A DNA stretch of 64,000 nt from a virus: positions 79,078 through 143,077 of IMG/VR virus record IMGVR_UViG_3300024999_000041; one strand, given 5' to 3'. Below, piece by piece: positions 1-9,742 of the stretch; within the stretch, counting starts at the first letter, position 1, and the number at the start of each line of letters is the position of its first letter. A program made the position numbers and the translations under genes. Under the pieces are notes generated by a model, which saw only the letters and a list, made by a program, of their open reading frames with translations, did no database searches and was not told the DNA's origin.

Positions 1-211
1 CATCACAAATATTTATTTCTATGTTCCCTTTGACTAATGAAGCACTTATCTTTTTATACTTAGATAAATATAACCTATCTGTATTTCTACAAACCTCCTT
101 CATGTTCTTTAAAATTATATACAATAGTAAGTGAACATCTCTCTTATTTAAATATATTCCTAACTCAGCTAGGTCATTGCATATACCTGTATATAAATCA
201 TCAGCTTTCAA
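1..211 (-). CDS. Partial hypothetical protein running off the window edge (weakly HU/IHF-like helices)
   Basis: Own translation from TTG at 211: MKADDLYTGICNDLAELGIYLNKRDVHLLLYIILKNMKEVC... open to position 1; directly follows ORF 214..606. Confidence 0.45.
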   Translation of the reverse strand, partial: MKADDLYTGICNDLAELGIYLNKRDVHLLLYIILKNMKEVCRNTDRLYLSKYKKISASLVKGNIEINICD

Positions 212-213
212 GT

Positions 214-606
214 CTAATACCTGCGTGTATCAGGATTTGCCATTTGTTTAATTTTTAACAAGTCCGCCAAGGTTCTAGCCCTTTGAGAAAAAGTATATAC
301 ATGGTTCTTATATTCTTCTAACATGGAATTAACTTCCTCATAAGCTTTCTTGGATTGAACTTGTTCTGATACAGTTCCTCCTTTTTTTACTTTATCCTTA
401 ATAAGACTGGACAAATTGTATAGAATGGAAACAATGTAACTAGCATTATATTGTAGCTCTAAGCTAACATTTATCCTACTTTCATACTCTGTTATAGACA
501 AGTTTAAATTTTCTAAGTCGTCTCTGTTATCCGCTAACACAGTCTTGAATACATTTATACTATTTCCTAAGTCTGTCCTTAGCCTAGATATTCCTTCCCA
601 ACTCAT
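214..606 (-). CDS. Hypothetical all-helical protein (possible UvsY-like recombination mediator)
   Basis: 130 aa coiled-coil character, in replication operon; family call is a guess. Confidence 0.45.
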   Translation of the reverse strand: MSWEGISRLRTDLGNSINVFKTVLADNRDDLENLNLSITEYESRINVSLELQYNASYIVSILYNLSSLIKDKVKKGGTVSEQVQSKKAYEEVNSMLEEYKNHVYTFSQRARTLADLLKIKQMANPDTRRY

Positions 607-1043
607 TCACAAATCTCCTTTAAAAATTTTACTCTACCTAAATCTTCCTCTCCCAAATTCTGGTAAGCAAGTATCAAGGAGTAATATCTGTTTTTTAATT
701 CTTTACTTCTCGTTGAAGATATTATAGATAATATAATTCCTATGTCCAACTTAGAAGTTATGAGTAAATTATTTAAATTAAGATTACTTATATTGTCCAT
801 TATAAATTCTTTTCCCAAATTAGGGTTAGTAGAGATACCGTCCCAAGTTAAATAGTCTTTAAAAGAATTTATAAACTTCTCTGGTAAATTAGGCAAATAA
901 GATATATCTAACCAAGAATGTTCTCCAAATTTATGTTCTACTTCAAGTATAACATCTTCTTTGGATTGGATACCTAACATATAATTATTTATTAATGAAT
1001 CGTACTTACTAGAAATATTTATCATGTCCATAATAAAACCCAT
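603..1043 (-). CDS. Hypothetical protein with short Trp-repeat-like units
   Basis: Repeated W-x-x-IS-x-x-PNL-x-x-x-FI units (WLDISYLPNLPEKFI, WDGISTNPNLGKEFI). Confidence 0.5.
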   Translation of the reverse strand: MGFIMDMINISSKYDSLINNYMLGIQSKEDVILEVEHKFGEHSWLDISYLPNLPEKFINSFKDYLTWDGISTNPNLGKEFIMDNISNLNLNNLLITSKLDIGIILSIISSTRSKELKNRYYSLILAYQNLGEEDLGRVKFLKEICE

Positions 1044-1054
1044 CCTTATAATAC

Positions 1055-1083
1055 ATTATATCATTAATGTAAATAAATGTCAA
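1055..1083 (-). promoter_or_regulatory. Sigma70-type promoter with extended -10
   Basis: Minus strand TTGACA-17 nt-TATAAT with TG before the -10. Confidence 0.8.
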
Positions 1084-2343
1084 CTACAAAATCATGCTGT
1101 TTATAAATTCTCGAGTAATTATACAATCGTCTGGCTTCTTATCAATCCTAAAGTTCCAATCCATAGCCCTGCAATGGGACATTCTATTATTTTTTGAGCT
1201 AAAATCCTGACCCTCACAAGCTAATACCAATCCTAGGTATTCAGTATTCAATGTAGGATTACCTTGTTCATCTATTACTGTCATCTTTCTTCTCAAAGAA
1301 TCAGTTATTCCAGAGATAGTTCCAATCCATTGTTCAGTTAAAGATTCATCTTCTTCCTCAACATAACAAGAAACTTTGATGCCTCCTATTAAATTCTGTA
1401 CTGCTAGGGCTGAATTCTTTTTAGGAAGTATGGAACCTGAGATAAAACAATCTATATCTTCATTCTTACTTCCAGATAGTGTTCTCTTCATCTTAACTTG
1501 AACATGTCTCTTACGAGAAGTAGTAGCATAGTATTGCTCGTTAAGATTCTTTAGTACTATCCCTTCTCCCCCGTTAGCTACTATCCCATCAAAGAATTCT
1601 TGTTTATTTATTATAGTACTTTCTGGTAACTCAAAAGGAGTTATCCCTTCAATCTTTTTCATAAAGCTAGTTAATAGTTGTCTGCGTTGTCTGAGTGTTT
1701 TAGGTTTAAGGTCTTGGTTATCAAACTCCAACATATCAAACACACAAAACTTCAAAGGATTCCCATCCATCTGAATCTCTATAGCTCTTTCTGCATGGGA
1801 ACCTAAGATAGAAACAGTGGCATTCAACTCAGTAGCTGAGAATGTTCCGCCCCTTGAAGTAGTATCTAAAGTTTTATTAGATACTAAAACCTCAGCATCC
1901 AAGATAAAAGATTGTTTGAACACCCCTCTATAACTCTGGGGGGTTCTAACTTTACCATCTTTAGTTATTAATAATATTTTTTCCGTATAACAATTAGGTA
2001 GAAAAGTTATATCTGATATATCCCTAGAGAAAAACTCAAATCCCCAGTCGGGGTGATAAGTTATTATAACACGGCATCCATCAATCTTAACCTCGCCCAA
2101 CCAGTCCTCTGATGTCAAGAGGTGTTTTTGTTCCTCTGGTTTAAGTTCTTTAAAAGAAAAACATAGTTGTGGAGTATGTAATTCAAACAATCGTTTATAC
2201 ATCCCCCATGTTTGAACTTTAGGATACTTATTATAGTAATCTATTCCCAATATTTTTTCAAGCTCTTTGTTGGTAGTCTTAGGATTAGATGGTATAGGAA
2301 TACCTCGTACCTTGAAATGTTGTAATATTTCCTCCTTTTTCAT
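1084..2343 (-). CDS. ATP-dependent DNA ligase
   Basis: Motif I EVKIDGCR (KxDG), motif III LDAE, IIIa FCVFDML, IV EGIVLK, V VKMK, C-terminal RIDK. Confidence 0.9.
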   Translation of the reverse strand: MKKEEILQHFKVRGIPIPSNPKTTNKELEKILGIDYYNKYPKVQTWGMYKRLFELHTPQLCFSFKELKPEEQKHLLTSEDWLGEVKIDGCRVIITYHPDWGFEFFSRDISDITFLPNCYTEKILLITKDGKVRTPQSYRGVFKQSFILDAEVLVSNKTLDTTSRGGTFSATELNATVSILGSHAERAIEIQMDGNPLKFCVFDMLEFDNQDLKPKTLRQRRQLLTSFMKKIEGITPFELPESTIINKQEFFDGIVANGGEGIVLKNLNEQYYATTSRKRHVQVKMKRTLSGSKNEDIDCFISGSILPKKNSALAVQNLIGGIKVSCYVEEEDESLTEQWIGTISGITDSLRRKMTVIDEQGNPTLNTEYLGLVLACEGQDFSSKNNRMSHCRAMDWNFRIDKKPDDCIITREFINSMIL

Positions 2344-2354
2344 AATCCCCTCCG

Positions 2355-3164
2355 TTAATCTGGAGTACCCTCTTGAGAATCCTCTTCGGGATTTATTAAC
2401 TTCTCAAGTTTTTTCTTAATACGTTTATCCCTTTGAAGTTCTTTTTTCTCTTCTAAGTCTCTTCTTGTCTGCTCTTCTAAAGCTAATCTAACTTCTTCAG
2501 CTAAAGCTTCTTGTTCTTTCTGCTTCTTACTTTTTCTTTTCTTTTTGGGTTTCTCTTCTTCCGTCTCATCATCTTCTAAATCTTTTAAAGAATCTGTCGT
2601 AACTGCATCTTCATCATTGGTCATTATATATACATCTTCATTTACAGATACAACATACTTACTTGTTTTCTGAATAGCCTTAAGTATCTTCTCAGCAGGA
2701 GACAACTTCGTATCCTGTAATGATTCTAAGATAGCTTGGGAGTGATATTCTCCAGAGCCTATACAAACAAAATTATCAGCAGGTTCTAATATAGATAAGT
2801 CTGTTTGAACTACAAATAACTTATTCTCTATACCTACAATGAGTTCACTGCCTCCTCCCATAAGTTCTACACCATTCACATCTATGAGAAATTTCTCTTG
2901 TCTTAAACAATTAATAAGTGAATCATAAAAAGAAGTATATACATACTCATATATATCTTGGTCAATAAATCTAGGAACTACAACTAACTTGTGAGTTAAT
3001 ATCTGTATCATCCTAAAACTTCCACAAACTCCTATGATAAAATCTCCTACTTGAAAAACTTTTCTCGGATAATTTATCTTAGCTCCAGTAAAACTATTAG
3101 AACCAAAACTATCAGTTCCTAAGTATACATAATCCTCAGTCCGTATCCCTACTACACAAGTCAT
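2355..3164 (-). CDS. HslV/proteasome beta-like Ntn-hydrolase peptidase with charged C-terminal tail
   Basis: N-terminal M-T-C-V-V-G (Thr nucleophile), GTDS, RKVF, IGSG motifs. Confidence 0.8.
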   Translation of the reverse strand: MTCVVGIRTEDYVYLGTDSFGSNSFTGAKINYPRKVFQVGDFIIGVCGSFRMIQILTHKLVVVPRFIDQDIYEYVYTSFYDSLINCLRQEKFLIDVNGVELMGGGSELIVGIENKLFVVQTDLSILEPADNFVCIGSGEYHSQAILESLQDTKLSPAEKILKAIQKTSKYVVSVNEDVYIMTNDEDAVTTDSLKDLEDDETEEEKPKKKRKSKKQKEQEALAEEVRLALEEQTRRDLEEKKELQRDKRIKKKLEKLINPEEDSQEGTPD

Positions 3165-3748
3165 GAAAAATCCCCCACTGAACTATTATAACCTACTATT
3201 TTATTGAAAACATCAAATAAATTTCTAATATTCTCTGTCTTCGACTCTATATCTTTCGAGTCGTAGTGTAATGAAAATGTTTTGCACAGAGTAGCAAATT
3301 TATAATCCCTATAAGATTCTCTAGTAGCATTCTCTATTAATGGAGCTATGTAAAGTAAGTCATACCCTCCAAACTTAATATAACTATATAGATTATACTC
3401 CGTATATAATTTTATAAAGTTATTAAGAAATTCTAAATCGAATTTAATATTATGCCCCACGACAGTCAATTTATCTTTTCCTTTATTGGTAACTTCTTTA
3501 AGAGTAGATATGAACTTATAACAAGCTTCTTCTGGATTTCCATAACCTCTAAGAGTATCTATGTCTATTCCATTAAAATCTAAAGCTTCTTTAGCTATAG
3601 TGGAAGGAAGTCTACCTCGTCTGGGCTTAATATGAAATGTATTCTGGTCTACTATAGCATTATTGTGTTCTACTCTATAACATAATTTTATTATATCGTC
3701 ATACTCTGAATTCAATCCAGTAGTAGCCGTGGATAAAAACAGATACAT
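3161..3748 (-). CDS. DEDDh (Pol III epsilon-like) exonuclease homologue with degenerate active site
   Basis: FLSTATTGL in place of FLDxETTGL; GHNIKFD ExoII intact. Confidence 0.7.
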   Translation of the reverse strand: MYLFLSTATTGLNSEYDDIIKLCYRVEHNNAIVDQNTFHIKPRRGRLPSTIAKEALDFNGIDIDTLRGYGNPEEACYKFISTLKEVTNKGKDKLTVVGHNIKFDLEFLNNFIKLYTEYNLYSYIKFGGYDLLYIAPLIENATRESYRDYKFATLCKTFSLHYDSKDIESKTENIRNLFDVFNKIVGYNSSVGDFS

Positions 3749-3777
3749 CCCTTCTCCTTTATATCATTCTTAATCCA

Positions 3778-3805
3778 TTATATCACAATATTTAAGATAT
3801 GTCAA
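3778..3805 (-). promoter_or_regulatory. Sigma70-type promoter
   Basis: TTGACA-17 nt-TATAAT with TG extension upstream of 3748. Confidence 0.75.
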
Positions 3806-3811
3806 TTTAAA

Positions 3812-5146
3812 TTATATAACAACTTTAATAATAGTTTTATTATCACAAAGTTTATCGTGGCTCTTAGCATTGTACGCTTCTATCTCTTTAGTAACATCGT
3901 AACCAACTACGTCTCCGTAATTTTGTAAATCCACCTTAATTATATCCCTGTTCTTATTCTTATAGAAAATTCCTATATTCTGAGAAGCTCTTCCCGATAA
4001 TTGTAATCCTCTATCGGAGTAAGCATTCTGACCACACATACTAGCCGACCTACTATAATTATCAGACACACAAGCTTCATGTAAATGTCCACTAAGCACA
4101 TAGTCAATAAAAATTCCATCATAAGCATACTTCGCTACAGCCTTCTTGATTCCGTTAGCTAAATCAGATTTAAATTGATGCCCGTGAATTAACAAAACAT
4201 TGTTACCTGCAACATCTATGACTTGTTCTAGTGGGTCTTCTAAATGAAAAGACACTGACGGAGAACCCATGAATCTAGCGTTAAGCATATTATATAACAT
4301 CAAATCATAATTGTCAGAAGCTATAATATCTGTCCATGCAATATCTTTAGCCATTCTAGTTTCATTACCCGTTACACCGCAAAAAGTAATTTTAAAATCT
4401 TTATTTAAGTCCAAGATAAATTGGGACAACAAACTTGTAGCAAGTAAACAAGCCTTCATTCTATTAGTAGCATTGTTTAATAACTTATCTAGGATATCGT
4501 CTTTGTTGAGTAAATCCCCCGTAGAACAGACAGCAACACTTTTAATACCGTTTAATTTAAAATAGCTAACTGCTCTATCTGCTAACAACTTTAATCTCTT
4601 AGAAGCTATATGAAAATCATATTTATTATTCTTTAAATTGATTAACTCGTTAAAATGTAAATCAGATAGTTGAATGATACCCATACAATCTGAGCTTACG
4701 TTAGTATGTTTAATTGTTTTCTCTGAAAGATTAATACTTTTCAATAACTGTATTAATTCTAAATTAGATTCCTCTAAAGCGTTAGTTAATCTATCTTCGT
4801 GTCTAAGCCCCTTACGTTCTATTCTATTAATATCTTGAAGCTTTTGAACCTTACGTCTTAATTGAATGTTAGCAATTAAAACATCCTCATCTACTTCTTT
4901 CTCTACATCCTCTTTTAATTCTTGTTGTTTCTGCTTAGACAAATCAGAAGGATATATATCTGACTTAGATAATTCTAATACTAATTTATCTCTATATTCC
5001 GAACTAAAGAACATATTAATATCATTAGTTGTGTACTCATTAGATACTTCTCTTATTCTTTTTCTCCAGTAACTTCTTCCCCTGTATTTACCTTCTGAGA
5101 TACACCCTTGATACAATAACTCAAAAAGCTTTTCAAATTTTTCCAT
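3812..5146 (-). CDS. Calcineurin-like metallophosphoesterase (Mre11/SbcD-like) with coiled-coil N-terminus
   Basis: SDLH, GDL, GNE, HGH and GHLH motifs in canonical order. Confidence 0.8.
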   Translation of the reverse strand: MEKFEKLFELLYQGCISEGKYRGRSYWRKRIREVSNEYTTNDINMFFSSEYRDKLVLELSKSDIYPSDLSKQKQQELKEDVEKEVDEDVLIANIQLRRKVQKLQDINRIERKGLRHEDRLTNALEESNLELIQLLKSINLSEKTIKHTNVSSDCMGIIQLSDLHFNELINLKNNKYDFHIASKRLKLLADRAVSYFKLNGIKSVAVCSTGDLLNKDDILDKLLNNATNRMKACLLATSLLSQFILDLNKDFKITFCGVTGNETRMAKDIAWTDIIASDNYDLMLYNMLNARFMGSPSVSFHLEDPLEQVIDVAGNNVLLIHGHQFKSDLANGIKKAVAKYAYDGIFIDYVLSGHLHEACVSDNYSRSASMCGQNAYSDRGLQLSGRASQNIGIFYKNKNRDIIKVDLQNYGDVVGYDVTKEIEAYNAKSHDKLCDNKTIIKVVI

Positions 5147-5190
5147 CGTCTTCCCTCTTCCGTTTTATCTATATATAATATAACTTAAGA

Positions 5191-7695
5191 TTAATTACAG
5201 CGTTTAGGAATCAGTCTTACTCTGCTGTCGTCTTCCCATTTGAAAGCAAATAGGTGTCCAAGACTGTCTCCCACCTCTATAGAACAATCTATAGGTATTG
5301 GGAAGTTAGGAGGATTGAATACCATCAAATCTTCTATTACTTTAGCCCACTGAGTAAATCTTCTTTTGTTTATTCTATAATTACATTCATCATGTACGGA
5401 TGAGACATAAGCTACCTCACTAGAGTACTTAGGATTAAGAAATATCTTATTAGCTAAGTTCACTAACAATTGCCTCATAATAGAACTTCCAGAACCTTGA
5501 ATTTTATGAGAAGCTATTGTCCTAACTCCAAAGTTATAAGTTCCTCTATCATCGGAAGTTAAGTAGTGTTTAACTCTCCGAGGTCTTCCGAACATATCGG
5601 TTACTGTAAAGTTAGTTTCCTTCTCTGCCTTATTCAACTCTAGGTCTTTCCAAACTTTAAGAGTTATGTTAGCATTCCACCATTTATTATACAGCTCTTG
5701 AGATTCCTCTTCAGACATCATAACTCCCATCTGTTCAGCTACCGCTTTCAAGACTGGAGGACTTCCTCCGTATAATAAACCAAAGTTAGCTACCTTAGCT
5801 GCTTTTCTTTTTTCTTTATCGTAATTCTCTTCTCCGAATAATTTCTTAGCCATTTCAGTATGAACGTCCCTACCTTCTTTAAAAGGTTCTACGAAGTTAG
5901 GTTCCCCGCTAATAACACCAGCTAACTTAAGTTCTTGTGCTGAATAATCCACTGATAGGATTAACTCATCATCGTTCTTAACCCGTATAGCTTTTCTTAC
6001 ATTAAGGTCTGGGCTTAATCCCTCTACAAAATACTTATTAGGATTCTGAGATACATATTCCTTAACATCATCTGGCTTACCGATTAATTTAAACTCATAC
6101 CCAAGAATGCCTTGGTAGTCATTATCCAACTTGATAGCTTCGTATATAGCTGGTTTAGGCTTAGTTAAATTCTGTATATTTAAATTTATGAAATAATCAT
6201 TGTCCTCGGCTTTAGACTTACCCCCCGTTCCAGAAGCTAACCTTCCAGAAGCAGTGTCGAATAATTTATAGTTAATCCTGCATATTCCTATGTTAGGGTT
6301 ATCTGGAAGCGAATCACACTTAGATAGTTTATCTATATAAGAATTTAATTGTTTCTCCAAAGAACTAAGCTCTATCAACTCTTTGACTATAGGATGCTGA
6401 CCAGATACTTGCAATAAAGCATCCTTAGCAGTACTCATACAACCAGTCTCTGTTCTGACTCCCGTATCTATTCCCAAGGACATTAAGGCTGCTGGTAGCT
6501 CTTTAGTCCTAGAACGTATGTTAAAAGGGTATCCTACTGTTTGGAAGATACTCATCTCTAGTTCTTCTATTCTCTTTAATATAGTATCTTTGTACTCGTT
6601 CATAACAAGCTTATCTATGTACAAAGGATTCTCTACATAGTAATCAGCAAATGCCTTAACAAGCTTATTATCTAAGGATAATATTTTTTCGCAACCTTCC
6701 CTTTTCAAAGTTGGATAGAGAACTTGAAATAGCCCAAAAGTATTTCCAGTATCACAAGAAGCATAAAAAGCACAAGCAGAAGGGTCTACGTCTTTTAATG
6801 TCTTGTTGGTACCTAATACTTCTTTAAATTTAGTAGCACGTCTTCCCAAGAAATGTTCCGTTGCTGGTTTTAATCCCATCATACCTTTAGCATTTGTATC
6901 TGAATTATAGGTCAATACCATAGTATCAAAAATATTTATCTTTGAAGTATCATAACCTTCCTTCTTAAGCATTGACATATCAAATGTGGCATTATGACAT
7001 AAGGTTAATTTTGATTTACGTAAAGCATCATAAATTATATCTAAACAATTTTTAGGATTTAAATTCTTTTCACTTTCTTTATACTTCTTGATTTTAATTT
7101 TTTTCATAGAAGGTTCAAGAGTATAAAAATTCTCTTTAAGAATTTTTAATGACTCTGGGAAATGTTCTTCTAAATCAAGAGGATAGATACAAGTAGCTTC
7201 TTCTATCTTCTCTTTAATTATTTCAAGATAGTCCTTATCGAGGGACTTAGCTTCCATTAAGGATTCTAAAAATATATTAGGATAGTCTATGACACTATCA
7301 TCATCTGGAGAAAATCCCTCGATACTTTCATTAGCTTTAATTAATTTTTTAAGAATCTTATCTTGAGTAGGTTTCTTGAAATGAATTAATCCTGTATCTT
7401 CATATCTTTTTTCTTCTTTCCCTTCCTCATCCCACGAAAGGACATGTCGAATGGGAATATAATATCCCGACCAAGCATCAAAACTAAAAGAGAATCCTAT
7501 CATTTCATTTCTCCTGTAGTCCAGTCCGTCCGTCTCACAGTCATAAGCCATTACTCTTCCAGTACAATCTCCTAACAAGTCTTTTAATTCTTGTTCTGAC
7601 TCTATCAACTTATATTTAAATTTATCTTCCCAATTAAAATCTAATGGTACTGGGTCAAAATAATGTCGGTAGTCTATTTTATTTGCTATGCTCAC
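5191..7695 (-). CDS. polA: DNA polymerase family A with 3'-5' exonuclease domain
   Basis: ExoI YDCETDG, ExoII HNATFD, ExoIII YASCD; TASGRLAS; motif A DYSAQEL; motif B RKAAKVANFGLLYG; motif C VHDE. Confidence 0.93.
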   Translation of the reverse strand: MSIANKIDYRHYFDPVPLDFNWEDKFKYKLIESEQELKDLLGDCTGRVMAYDCETDGLDYRRNEMIGFSFSFDAWSGYYIPIRHVLSWDEEGKEEKRYEDTGLIHFKKPTQDKILKKLIKANESIEGFSPDDDSVIDYPNIFLESLMEAKSLDKDYLEIIKEKIEEATCIYPLDLEEHFPESLKILKENFYTLEPSMKKIKIKKYKESEKNLNPKNCLDIIYDALRKSKLTLCHNATFDMSMLKKEGYDTSKINIFDTMVLTYNSDTNAKGMMGLKPATEHFLGRRATKFKEVLGTNKTLKDVDPSACAFYASCDTGNTFGLFQVLYPTLKREGCEKILSLDNKLVKAFADYYVENPLYIDKLVMNEYKDTILKRIEELEMSIFQTVGYPFNIRSRTKELPAALMSLGIDTGVRTETGCMSTAKDALLQVSGQHPIVKELIELSSLEKQLNSYIDKLSKCDSLPDNPNIGICRINYKLFDTASGRLASGTGGKSKAEDNDYFINLNIQNLTKPKPAIYEAIKLDNDYQGILGYEFKLIGKPDDVKEYVSQNPNKYFVEGLSPDLNVRKAIRVKNDDELILSVDYSAQELKLAGVISGEPNFVEPFKEGRDVHTEMAKKLFGEENYDKEKRKAAKVANFGLLYGGSPPVLKAVAEQMGVMMSEEESQELYNKWWNANITLKVWKDLELNKAEKETNFTVTDMFGRPRRVKHYLTSDDRGTYNFGVRTIASHKIQGSGSSIMRQLLVNLANKIFLNPKYSSEVAYVSSVHDECNYRINKRRFTQWAKVIEDLMVFNPPNFPIPIDCSIEVGDSLGHLFAFKWEDDSRVRLIPKRCN

Positions 7696-7707
7696 TATAA
7701 AATCTCC

Positions 7708-8151
7708 TCAATTAACTTCATCTAATCTGTAACCGTGATATAGATTGTCTAAAAAGACATCTATTCTTTCAAAGCTATCCACCCAAGTATTATTTACTTT
7801 TAATATTACTTCCTCATCCCTTAATCCATTTTTTAACAATCCCAAGTCTTTTATAAGTTTACTGTAATCTTTTATTTCTTTATCGGAAAAATTATCTTTA
7901 AGATATTTAAATGGATTTATATTTAATTTTAATTTTAAATAATCATAAGAAGTAAAAAATCTATGTTCTCCCCAACAATGTAATCTAATTACTCCATCAT
8001 CATCGAAATAAAATCTAGCAGACTTAGACTTACTGTACCTAGGGTCTTCGTGGAAAGGACAAAAGACATTACCGTATCCAACATCAATCAAAGAATCAAA
8101 AGGAACTAATTTTTCTATAAGTATTCTAACCTCTCTCTCATTTAGATTCAT
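7708..8151 (-). CDS. Stand-alone primase-type (CHC2-like) zinc-binding domain protein
   Basis: CPFHED...SARFY...HCWGEH; 147 aa with no Toprim domain; between helicase and polymerase. Confidence 0.7.
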   Translation of the reverse strand: MNLNEREVRILIEKLVPFDSLIDVGYGNVFCPFHEDPRYSKSKSARFYFDDDGVIRLHCWGEHRFFTSYDYLKLKLNINPFKYLKDNFSDKEIKDYSKLIKDLGLLKNGLRDEEVILKVNNTWVDSFERIDVFLDNLYHGYRLDEVN

Positions 8152-9730
8152 CGTTGGGTTCCTTCATTAAATCATCTAATGTTATAATATCTTCTATATT
8201 TGGAAGAACCTCCTCTCCTATAACAGTTACTCCTTCGGTATTGGCAATTTCTGAAGTAGGTACGTTATCATCCATCCCTATGTCTTCGATATCCCCCACA
8301 ACAAAATCATCCGCAAGAGAATTGATATCTTGAGTTCCAGTAGATACACTATTGTTAAAGGATGGGGATAACACAGAACAGTTAGTAAAGTTACTCCCCT
8401 GAGTCCCAAACACAAAAAACTCTGGCATAATAGGAGAAGGAATAGGTTTATCTGGGGATTCAAAATCTCTGTTCTTTACTATGTGTATGTTTACTACCTT
8501 AGCATTCCTCATGGCGGTGGTACAGTGAAAAATCATAGCAGTCATAGCAGTTCTCCCAAGAGCATTGGCTTCAGCGAAGTATGTAGAAGATGCTAGTTTA
8601 GTATTAGAAGAGGGTGTCCCACTCTTCTCTGCCTTCTCCACAATAGCTTCCAATTTATCTATAGCTTCTGTTTTCAACTGAGCTAATAGTACTATTATTA
8701 AATTATGCTTAACCGCTATCTCTTGTAAGGTATCAACATAATAATTTAAAGCTTGGTACTGGTCTAACTTTAATTTAGGAGGTATTTTGTTCTTAAACAG
8801 GTTTAAGTAGTCCACATAAACTAAGTCTAAACCCCCCATCTCGTCCCTCATCCTGAGTATAAAAGCTTCTATGTATTCCATAGAATACTCTTCTAAATCA
8901 TTAACTCCTGCTATTCTTAAATCTCCTTTACAGGTTTGAAGAAAGTTATCTTTTACTTCTTTAAACTTCTCCTTGCTATCTTCTAATAGTAGAGTCTTTT
9001 TCAAGTCTACGGCTGGAATGGCTCCCTGTTTTCCGTACATTTCATAAGAGTGCCTTGATACGATATTGTATAAAACATTTCTAGGAACAACCTCTAAGGT
9101 TATGAATAATACTTTTTTACCCTCTCTATAAGAGGCGGTGTATGCTGTTGATATAGCAAATGTAGTTTTAAATGATTGAGGAGGAGCCCCAATTACATTC
9201 AGTGTCCCGTAATCCAAACCTTTTAAATAGTGGTCTACTTCAGGGATACCAATCATTACTCCCCTAGGCATAAGTTCTTGACGTTCGTATACATCAAATA
9301 TATCTTCCATACCTAGAAGTTTAGGTTTAGTTACATCCACATCCTGTCTGAGTATATCTCTTACTTTGGATATATCATTCTTATCAATAGCATTTTTTAC
9401 TTCACTAATTTGTTTATGTCTTATTAATTCCTTCTTAAGTTTTATGAGAATATCTAAACTAAAAGGACAATCCTTTTTATGAACTAAAATATTATGCAAA
9501 GATATAATATAATTTATATCAGGGAATCTTTTATTATCTGTATAAAACTTTTTACAATCTTGAAGTACTTTAGAATATAATTTAATACCATCTGGACTAA
9601 ACTCAAGTAATTCTATTAACTCATCCATGGATGAGATATCAGTTATCTTATCTAAATGATTTAATACTATAATAATATAATCGCTTAGTTCTTCCGAATC
9701 CATTGGATTTACTAATTCGTTATTAGCCAA
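8138..9730 (-). CDS. DnaB-like (SF4) replicative helicase
   Basis: Walker A GAPPQSFKTT, FITLE, VYVDYL (Walker B), LAQL, VKNR. Confidence 0.88.
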   Translation of the reverse strand: MANNELVNPMDSEELSDYIIIVLNHLDKITDISSMDELIELLEFSPDGIKLYSKVLQDCKKFYTDNKRFPDINYIISLHNILVHKKDCPFSLDILIKLKKELIRHKQISEVKNAIDKNDISKVRDILRQDVDVTKPKLLGMEDIFDVYERQELMPRGVMIGIPEVDHYLKGLDYGTLNVIGAPPQSFKTTFAISTAYTASYREGKKVLFITLEVVPRNVLYNIVSRHSYEMYGKQGAIPAVDLKKTLLLEDSKEKFKEVKDNFLQTCKGDLRIAGVNDLEEYSMEYIEAFILRMRDEMGGLDLVYVDYLNLFKNKIPPKLKLDQYQALNYYVDTLQEIAVKHNLIIVLLAQLKTEAIDKLEAIVEKAEKSGTPSSNTKLASSTYFAEANALGRTAMTAMIFHCTTAMRNAKVVNIHIVKNRDFESPDKPIPSPIMPEFFVFGTQGSNFTNCSVLSPSFNNSVSTGTQDINSLADDFVVGDIEDIGMDDNVPTSEIANTEGVTVIGEEVLPNIEDIITLDDLMKEPNDESK

Positions 9731-9742
9731 AACTACTCCCCT

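Noticed and set aside
2328-2338. Ligase 5' coding region (AAAGGAGGAAA) as specific target of the anti-SD loop
   Set aside because: The same 11-mer also occurs mid-gene at about 48874, so a chance match from codon usage is likely
5191-9730. Inteins or introns in polymerase/helicase (also checked terminase)
   Set aside because: No intein splice-junction residues or LAGLIDADG motifs; ORFs are continuous
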